NCBI GenBank assembly: GCA_951406725.2
Contig: OX597815.1
Coordinates: forward strand, 5,890,001 to 5,954,000
Source: Octopus vulgaris
Lineage: Eukaryota
Reading direction: 5' to 3'
DNA length: 64,000 bases
Shown here one piece after another: positions 54,815 through 64,000 of the stretch. The translations under genes and the position numbers were made by a program. Every line of letters starts with the position of its first letter. Positions within the stretch are counted from its first letter, which is position 1. The notes beneath the pieces were generated by a model that saw nothing but the letters and a program-made list of their open reading frames with translations, ran no database searches and was not told the origin of the DNA.

Positions 54815-55665
54815 GTGAGTATTCAACAGACAAGAACTAGACACAGAATTTCTTCAAGGGGAAGGGACCTCTAAATGGTTGTTTATCATGCTAGAAGTAA
54901 CAGATAAATATCCCTCAAATTACAGTCAATCTACTTTAAGACAAAAATGAAAAATACTTTAGATGTGCTCACCTTGGATTGCAGGGTGACCTGCTGTGCT
55001 TGAGGAGACCTATTGAGTCAAAAACATCAACATCAAAATAAAAATCAAATGGAAATTGTAGTTGTGATACCTGTGCCGGTGGCACGTAAAAAGCACCCAC
55101 TACACTCATGGAGTGGTTGGCATTAGGAAGGGCATCCAGCTGTAGAAACACTGCCAGATCAGACTGGAGCCTGGTAGAGCCTCCTGGCTTCTCAGACCCC
55201 GGTTGAACCGTCCAACCCATGCCAGCATGGAAAACGGACGTTAAACGATGATGATGATGATATTTGACAAGTCTGTGGACCACATTGTGCTGCAAAGTCT
55301 CAGATATGGCACAGAGACACAAACATATATACACACACATACATATATATATAGATATACATATATACGACAGGCTTCTTTCAGTTTCCGTCTACCAAAT
55401 CCACTCACAAGGCTTTGGTTCACCCGGGGCTTATAGTAGAAGACACTTACCCAAGGTACCACACAGTGGGACTGAACATGGAACCATGTAGTTCATAAGC
55501 AAGCTACTTACCACACAGCCACTCCTACACCTATTGTACTTGAGAAATAATTTCAATTTATTTTTGAGAGAAAAATAAAAAAAATTTTTATTTTAATTTC
55601 ATATTTTTCTCTTTTTTTTTTTACTTTTAAATCTGTTTTTGTGTTGGATATTTATGGATATTTCC

Positions 55666-55696
<31 letters not shown>

Positions 55697-55699
55697 CAG

Positions 55700-55746
55700 G
55701 CCGACGAAATGTGAAACGCGCCGGGAAGGCAAAGAAGAGCAGCTAA
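55700..55746 (+). CDS. Coding exon 3, terminal (GRRNVKRAGKAKKSS*)
   Basis: Long T tract plus gcag| at 55699; phase-compatible; TAA 55744-55746; total CDS 136+42+47=225 nt. Confidence 0.85.
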
Positions 55747-56038
55747 ATTTCCTCCATAAAAATCCTTTCACACAACAAAACACGCATTACAGGAGTTGGT
55801 AACAGTTATTGGGTGAAGACAGTCCACCCTGCTCAAAACCTGCTGGTGGCCACCAAACATCTTGGCTCATGTCATCCTTCAGCTCAAACCAGATTCATTT
55901 TTTCATTATAATAACACCCCCCTCTCCCTCCTCCTCCTCCTCCACCACCACCACCAACCGACATTAACATACACACATACACACTTACATACATACATAT
56001 GTACACCTCTCACATATACATGTACATGTAGTCATGTG

Positions 56039-56073
<35 letters not shown>

Positions 56074-58650
56074 GAATCTCTGCTAGAACGGCAGATAGCA
56101 TCATTTCTTTTGGGGGATTCATAGATCTCACATCTTTCTCTTTTCTGATTTTGCATTCAATCAAATTTGCGTAGCCCTTTAGAGAATCCCTCAAATTTTT
56201 AATCCAAATCCGATAATCCATCTTTATAATCCAAACCCTATAATCCATCTTTCTTCCACTTTAACAACGTTGCGATTTTTTTGTAGATATTAAACTATTT
56301 ATCGGTAATTTTTCAGTTTTTTGTTGCTTCGTCTCTTTAATTGATTTTTTTTTATTTTTTTTGTGTATATTTTTCGTTGTTTTTCTTGTTTCATCTAGTA
56401 TTTTTTTCTATTATCATTATTTCGCTTTTTTTTTGTTCCACTTTTTTTTTAATTTTCTTTTTCTAGCAGATATCATGGTGTACAGTGGCTGAGAGCAACT
56501 TGCCAGCCCCTGGGGGTAAGGCAAGCATTGCAGGGAGGATGTGCTAAATTTTTTTTAATATCAGAAAACTGGTAGAATTGTTGGTGCATCAACCAAAACG
56601 ATGAATGGTATTTCTTCCAGTTCTTTGTGTTCTGAGCCCAAATCCTGTAGAAATTAGCTTTGCCTCTAATCGATAAAATAAAGTACCAGTTAAATACTGA
56701 GGTCAATATAATCGACTTGCCCCTCCCCTCAAAGTTGTGGGCCAGAAAGAATTATTGCCACTTTACATTTACTTATTTATTTTGGTACCTGAAAAATGTT
56801 GTACCCAGTTTAGCCCCCTTATGGCCCCCATCTATCCTACAACTCTGCTCTTGTGATAATATTTCTCGTAGATATCATGCTGCTCAGCAAAATAGTCATG
56901 GGTTACCAGCAAAAATTGCAAGGCGGGTCCATTTTATTTCGATTCTTTTATAGAAAGTAGCAAACCAGCTGAATTATTAAAGCGCCAGGCAAAATGTCCA
57001 GTGGAATTACTTCCACTTTAGTACATTCCGAGTTCAAATTTCTCCAAAGTCAACTTTGTCTTTCATCCTTCTGGGGCCAATAGAACAAAGTACCAATTAA
57101 TGGTATTAACTGGCTCCCATTCCTCAAAAGCACTGGCTTTGTGCTTAAACTAGAAACCAAGGGAAGCAAGTTGACAGAATCATTAGAGTATTGGGGAAAA
57201 GGCTTTGAGGTCCTTGTTCTGAATCTTTACAGTTTGAGTTCAAATCCTACCAAGATCAGCTAAGCCTTCACCCCTCCAGGATCAATAAAATAAAGTAACA
57301 ATTAATGATATCAACTGAAAATTGCTGGTCTTTTAGCTAAATTATAAAGAATTATTTCTACATTATATAAGGTGACACATTGGCTCATACCCTAACCCTG
57401 ACCCTCACAGCATTTCATAACATTCTGAGCTCAAATTCCACAAAGATCAAATTTGCCTTTCGTCCTTTCAGAGTTGATGAAATAAGTACCAATTGAGTTC
57501 TAGAATGGATGTAATTGACTAACCCTCTCCACCAAAATCCCAGGCTTTGTGCCATACAGTAAAAAGAATTATTACTACTTTATATTCCGCTTTTGAACTT
57601 TTGTGTCCTTAAGAATTATACACCAAAGCCAGTGGCCCCTGTTTCTTTGCCCACACTACATCACTGATCCTCTGCAACATTACATAACAATCATTTATTC
57701 TTGACAGCTGTTTCGTGTATTGGAGAGAAAGAAAGAAAATGGTAGAAGATGAATTACAAAATATTTTGGAACAATAAAAGACAACATCGCGAGATGTTGT
57801 TTCCTATTTGTGCCAACCATTAAAACAATGCCATCAACTGGCACTTATTCAGTTTACAGACTCTGTGATTGTTAATCAATTTATATATTTTATTCTAGGT
57901 GACTGACTGACCCTCATAACCTTCACTCTACTGAACTGAACTGGTTTGCTCAATGACTGATATTTACCATCAACCATACCTCCACCTTTGTACATCATTC
58001 ACTGCATTCACCTCTACACCCATCCCTAACCATCTCTTACTCTCCTTTCACATTCTGGTCCCTTTATCCACTTGCCCTTCATTGCCCTCGGTCCATATTC
58101 TCCCTTAACCCTTTAGCATTCAGATTACTCCGTCAAATGCAATGCTCGTTCATTCACACTGTTTCCAATCAATCCAGCCTCAAGATTTCGATGATGTGGT
58201 TGCTTATTTTTAGAATGACATTGTAGGGTAGGTGTGAGAAGCCAGATATGGCTGGTCTGAGCATAAAACAAGTAGAATATTTGGGCTGGATATGGCTGGT
58301 TTCAATACTAAAGAACTCATCTTCTTATACCTCGGCAGCAAACTCTGACACCACATCGACATTTCTATCTTCTTTCCAGCTGCTCCCACCTGCCCTTATA
58401 TAATTCAAGGTAGCCCCATAGCCTTTCTAAAGCAGACATCTGTTCCTCTCTCTCTCTATCATACTCTAGCCCTGTGTTCGCAACCATTTTTTTGTCTATG
58501 GACCATTTGGATTCCGATTTTACCCGACTGGAACCTCATAACCATCTGATGTGTAAACAAATCCCATTATATTTTTATATCTAAATATTTTTAGGAATTG
58601 TATAAAAAACAAAATTAAAATATTTTCTGTATTATAGCGGTATAACCAAT
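55747..58650 (+). other. Probable long 3' UTR with candidate poly(A) signals
   Basis: U-rich blocks 56270-56465; AATAAA 57773-57778 and ATTAAA 58614-58619; true end not determinable. Confidence 0.4.
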
Positions 58651-61600
58651 TTCTTGTACATAAACTTTAACAGCAGAATCTCATATGGACCCCAAAGTGT
58701 CATAAAGACCCTAGTTGAGAATCACTGCTTTAGGGTCTCAGCCTGGCATAAAACCTCCATCCCCTCTACTACAACCCCACTTAGGTGAGGGGTCATTTTC
58801 TTTGTCTTGCAAGTTCCTTGATCATCTTATTCTTATTAGTGCTATTGTTGTGAAGAAAGCATCCAGGTGTAGGGACCATGACAAACACAGACATTGGAGC
58901 TGGACATGGTCCTCCGGTTCGTTGGAGTCCAGCAAACCGTTTGACCAATGCCAGTGTAGAAAATGTATGTTGAAGAAAGGTGGTGATTTTTATACAGCAT
59001 TGCATTCCAAACAGGTGTGAGTGAGGTGTGTTGTGTAGGTGTGTGACAAAGGTGAACAATGATGACAGCTGACTGTAAGGATGGTGATGATGATGATGGT
59101 GATGATATGTGTATGCATATGTGTGACATGAAACCTGAAAGAAAGTTGATTTTTAATGTTTTTCTATCCTTAAATATATTTTCATAAAGAGAATCGGAAT
59201 CGAAATTGAACCAATCCTATGACTGGCACCCAGCAGATGCCAGGACCCCTGGACTGGTGGTACGTAAAGGGCACTATCCGAATCGTGGCCGATGCCAGTG
59301 CCGCCTTGACTGGCTTCCTTGCCGGTGGCACGTAAAATGCACCAATCCGATCTTGGCCATTGCCAGCCTCACCTGGCACGTAAAAAGCACCCACTACACT
59401 CACGGAGTGGTTGGCGTTAGGAAGGGCATCCAGCTGTAGAAACATTGCCAGATCAGACTGGAGCCTGGTGCAGCCTTCTGGCTTCCCAGATCCCCGGTCG
59501 AACCGTCCAACCCATGCTAGCATGGAGAATGGACGTTAAACGATGATGATGAGAATATCAAGCTACATAATGTAAAATTTTTACTTTTCAAAAATTCCAA
59601 CAAAAATTCGAAACAAACCCGAGCAACACTGGGCCATACTGCGAGTATATAATAAAATGTAACACTAACCAAGGACCAGGCAGCTCTTGGTCCTCACCAC
59701 CAACAGCATGGGTTGTTGTTTCATCATACGAAACCTGGAATACATCGGGGACTTTGATGGACATCAAAATGTCCAAAATAACAATAACTTCAAGGAACAC
59801 TTTGTACATTAAGGTGAACTAAAACCAGCTTTGGAAAATTATCACTCTTTACTCTTTTACTTGTTTCAGTCTTATGACTGCGGCCATGCTGGAGCACCGC
59901 CTTTTAGTCGAGCAAATCGACCCCGGGACTTATTCTTTGTATGCCCAGTACTTATTCTATCGGTCTCTTTTTGCCGAACCGCTAAGTGACGGATGTAAAC
60001 ACACCAGCATCGGTTGTCAAGCAATGCTAGGGGAACAAACACATACACACACATACATATACATATATACGACAGACTTCTTTCCGTTTCCGTCTACCAA
60101 ATCCACTCACATGGCATTGGTCGGCCCGGGGCTATAGCAGAAGACACTTGCCCAAGATGCCACGCAGTGGGACTGAACCCGGAACCATGTGGTTGGTTAG
60201 CAAGCTACTTACCACACAGCCACTCCTGTGCCTATCATTGAATATTTATCGAAAATATTCACTGAAATATTTCTTAAACATATCATGTTTGATGGCACAA
60301 GATACACTCAGACATATTAGACGCAACCCTAATTTCAGCAGCACATGTTCGAGGTGGGGGGGATCATTTGATGCATTAAAGCATGTAATATTTAAAGCAA
60401 TCTAGTGGTCCATTGTTATGATGATAATTCCCTTTGCAGTACAAGTGATAATAATAATATTTATAGGCGCGGGAGTGGCTGTGTGGTAAGTAGCTTGCTT
60501 ACGAACCACATGGTTCCAGGTTCAGTCCCACTGCGTGGCACCTTAGGCAAGTATTCTTCTAGTATAGCCTTGGGCCGACCAAAGCCTTGTGAGTGGATTT
60601 GGTAGACGGAAACTGAAAGGAGCCCGTCATATATATGTGTGTGTCTGTGTTTGTCACCCCCACCCAACGTAGCTTCACAACCGATGCTGGTGTGTTTATG
60701 TCCCTGTAACTTAGCAGTTCGGCAAAAGAGACGAATAGAATAAGAACTGGGCTTACAAAGAATAAGTCCTGGGGTCGATTTGCTCGACTAAAGGCGGTGC
60801 TCCAGCATGGCCGCAGTCAAATGACTAAAACAAGTAAAAGAGAGAGAGTAAATATAATTATGGAGTCAAGCTATGTAAGGAGACTGGATTGAAATTAGTG
60901 ATTAGCAATTAGCTTATAGGAGGCCTGAGTTCAATTAGAGGACCCAGAGTGACTTTTATATATTTTTTTTTTCCGTCTGACCCACACGAGCATGAAAAAG
61001 TAGACCTGATGATAGTGTGCTTATTTAACATTTCCCTATGGTGATTGCTGTGGCTTGGTTCTGTCGTAAATATATGTTGATGACGATGATGATGTTTGTG
61101 TGAGGCTGCATGTGATGCGGCAACAACACCATACAAACGACTAATCATGATTTTATTTACACTGCAGAAGTCAAGAATTATAACAATCTTCACATCAAGT
61201 CAACACAACTGTAAGAAATATGTTGTAACATTGATGTTACAACATGGATACAAAGGCTTAGTACTGGAGCTTGATTAACGCATAAGAATCTGTACACATC
61301 AATTCATATCTGCTAGATATAACACATCAGGTTGAGCATGGAGTCATTAAAACAACTGTTTTAACAGCAAGGGAGTGTGTGAAGTGGATCACAATTTGGC
61401 ACACTGAAAGTTAGTGCTCAAACAAACCCTATTTATAGCCCATGCGTTAAGAACTTTCCATCATATCTATAAAGAATGTTAGTGTTTGTCAACAAATCAT
61501 TTTTGTTGCTGTGTACTGTGTATTAGAATTATTTCAAGTTCCTTTATATCAAGCACAATGAGTGTCAGATGAGACGTTTTATATTTTTGCTTGTCTACAT

Positions 61601-61682
61601 AGAAAGCTTCAAGAAAACAATGTCAACATGGACTAAATAATCACATGATCTACTTAATGAAGCTGTTAATTATCTCAACACA

Positions 61683-62056
61683 TCTCTCTCTATATAAAGC
61701 TGAAGTTGTCTGTGTATGACAGGTTTGGTAGCCTTCAACTAACACTATCTCCTCCGAGACTATGCGGCGCAAGTTGACCAAAATTGAGATTATGATAGAA
61801 GGCTTGCTCTTCCTTCCGTAGAAGAAAAAATTCAAATCGGACCATGTTAACATCAAAAAGGTGCTTATTTTTCTATGAAAATCCCTATTTTTTACGATTT
61901 TTTGACTGCTGTGTCGCCATTTTTCGGTGTATTTCAACCAGAAAAATGTTCACTTAAAGAGAATAACAAGCTACATAATGCAAAATTTTTGCTTTTCAAA
62001 AGTTCCAATTCTAAAGGATCAAAACAAACCCGAGCAACGCCGGGCGATACTACTAG
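61683..62056 (+). mobile_element. Non-autonomous Helitron
   Basis: a|TC start, hairpin cccgagcaacgccggg, CTAG|t end. Confidence 0.85.
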
Positions 62057-62654
62057 TTTATGCTAAAACTCATTACCATAAGTGAGCAGCAAGATGGCAC
62101 AATCATCAGCGAGTCAATGTAATCAACTCTCCCCCTCCCCTCAAAACCGATGGCCTTGTGTCAGAAAGAATTATTTAAAGTAGAAACTATATGATCTGAG
62201 ACCTGTGTGCAGCCCACTCTATTGATGGAATGGTCACAATTGGAACTCCTGTTGGACCCATTGTGATATTCTTTTATTCTTTTGCTTGTTTCAGTCAACT
62301 GACTGCTGCCATGCTGGAGCACTGCCATTACTCAAATAAAGTGACCCCTTCTTTGTAAGCCTAGTACTTATTCAATTGGTCTCTCTTTGCCAAACTGCTA
62401 AATTATGGGGACATAAACACACCAACATCGGTTGTCAAGTGATGGTGGGTGAGGACAAACATATACATGCATATATGACAGGCTTCTCTCAGTTTCCATC
62501 TACTAAATCCACTCACAGGCTTTGGTCAGCCCAAGGCTATAGTAGAAGACACTTGCCCAAGGTGCCATGCAGTAGGACTGAACCTGGAACCATGTGGTTG
62601 GGAAGCAAGCTTATTACCATACAGCCACACGTGCACCTAAAAATGGAATTAGAC

Positions 62655-62726
62655 TGCCATGACCAGGATTCGAACCTGGGTTACCATGGCCATAATGTAG
62701 GGTCCTAACCACTAGATGATTACAGC
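62655..62726 (-). pseudogene. tRNA-His(GUG) pseudogene; anticodon now reads ATG
   Basis: Minus strand gctgtaatcatctagtggttaggaccctacattATGgccatggtaacccaggttcgaatcctggtcatggca (72 nt) matches the recalled invertebrate tRNA-His apart from transitions, mostly at CpGs. Confidence 0.85.
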
Positions 62727-63898
62727 CACTTGTCCAACTTATGTGGAGACTCTTGACAGGATCTTAAATATTTGGTCTGCTCAGCGGAGCTCATGATTAG
62801 ACACCAACGATAACTATAACTTGAGCCTTGAACCAAACAAGGAGCATTTATGTAGTTGCTTGATCTGCTAACAGTAACAACCAAATTACATTGCCATTTT
62901 AAAAATGATTATATTGAACAAAGGTGGCGAGTTGGCAGAACCATTAGCACACTGGGCGATATGCATAGCCGTATTTCGTCTGCCGTTACGTTCTGAGTTC
63001 AAATTCCACCGAGGTCGACTTTGCTTTTCATCCTTTCAGGGTCGATTAAATAAGTACCAGTTACGCACTGGGGTCAATGTAATCGACTTAATCCTTTTGA
63101 CTGTCCTCTCTGTGTTTAGCCCCTTGTGGGTAGGAAAGAAATAGGTTATATTGAACGTAGTAACCCCTGAGGCAGGATGGTCACTGGAATTCCGTTGATG
63201 TTATGCTTTCTCAATCAGAGCTGGTATGAGTAAACAACAATTTAAGAAGAGAGTCTTTGTGGTTGCTAGAAATAGCAGCAAAATCTCCTTCCCCAAAACT
63301 AAATACAACTGTCATAAAAAGAGATAAATTCTGAAATATCGTCCAAGATACACTGTTTGAAAGAAGATGATGGGATGGTCACAACTGGAATGCCTCTGAT
63401 CATATGTTAATTTAATTAGTGAGAAACTGCAGCAGTGGCCAATTTGATGGTAAAAGCTTGCAAAATTTTTAAGGACACAACAATGGATTCAGAAGTGATG
63501 ACGCCTGGCCAACATCATGTCACTGTGTCAGATGGGTGACTTGTCCAGCATGAAATATATGGTTGTAGTGGACAACCAGGCTCGGATCTATATTTAATGT
63601 TCACTGCTGGCTAAAAATAAAAGTAGGACATTGTCTTAGATTGTGAAGACGTGTGGCTAAGTGGTTAGGGTGTTGCATGCAAGATTGTAGTTTCAATTCC
63701 TGGTCTGGATAGTGCATTGCATTCTGTGAGTGACCCTGCAATGAACTGGCATCTTATCCAGGGGGAATATTATGATCTCAGTCACTTATATACACCACAG
63801 AGACTGTGTAACCAGATCTATGAGACTCAGGACTTGAGACAGTAATGTCCAGAGGGTCTACTTGGCCTTAGTTTTAAGATGAAAGCATTTGCAGGTCC

Positions 63899-64000
63899 AC
63901 CAGATGTTCTGACGTCTGTAGACGCCTACCAGATGTTCTATGAACAGTAAATATCTACCAGGTATTCTACAAACTAAATATGCCTTCCAGATGTTCTACA
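63899..64000. repeat. Degenerate ~29-bp tandem repeat (ccagatgttct core) running off the window end
   Basis: Four ccag(a/g)t(g/a)ttct units. Confidence 0.6.

Noticed and set aside
54795-55715. Resemblance of SKKKGRRNV to the vertebrate BASP1 N-terminus (SKKKKGYNV)
   Set aside because: A short low-complexity match at the wrong end of the protein, with no myristoylation Gly; not enough for a gene name

Overview
This is AT-rich, microsatellite-dense animal genomic DNA. The SINE families suggest an octopod cephalopod, which is an inference. Almost all ORFs in the supplied track are simple-repeat or transposon artefacts. One real spliced + strand gene is missed by the track: coding exons 50256-50391, 54773-54814 and 55700-55746 encode a 74-aa Lys/Ala/Glu/Pro-rich, probably disordered protein. 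It has two candidate non-coding first exons (donors at 25043 and 28399) and a long 3' UTR. The rest is a transposon mosaic of two abundant tRNA-derived SINE families, RTE, CR1, R4/Dong-like and HERO-like LINE relics, mariner, hAT and piggyBac remnants, non-autonomous Helitrons and a tRNA-His pseudogene. The most notable unannotated structure is about 10 minimal type I hammerhead ribozyme motifs from about 6 sequence families. They are carried by short elements that mostly sit in (TA)n tracts as solo, tandem (354-bp retrozyme-like) or perfectly inverted units, alongside Penelope-like RT and endonuclease relics. All calls were made by eye, and repeat boundaries are approximate.
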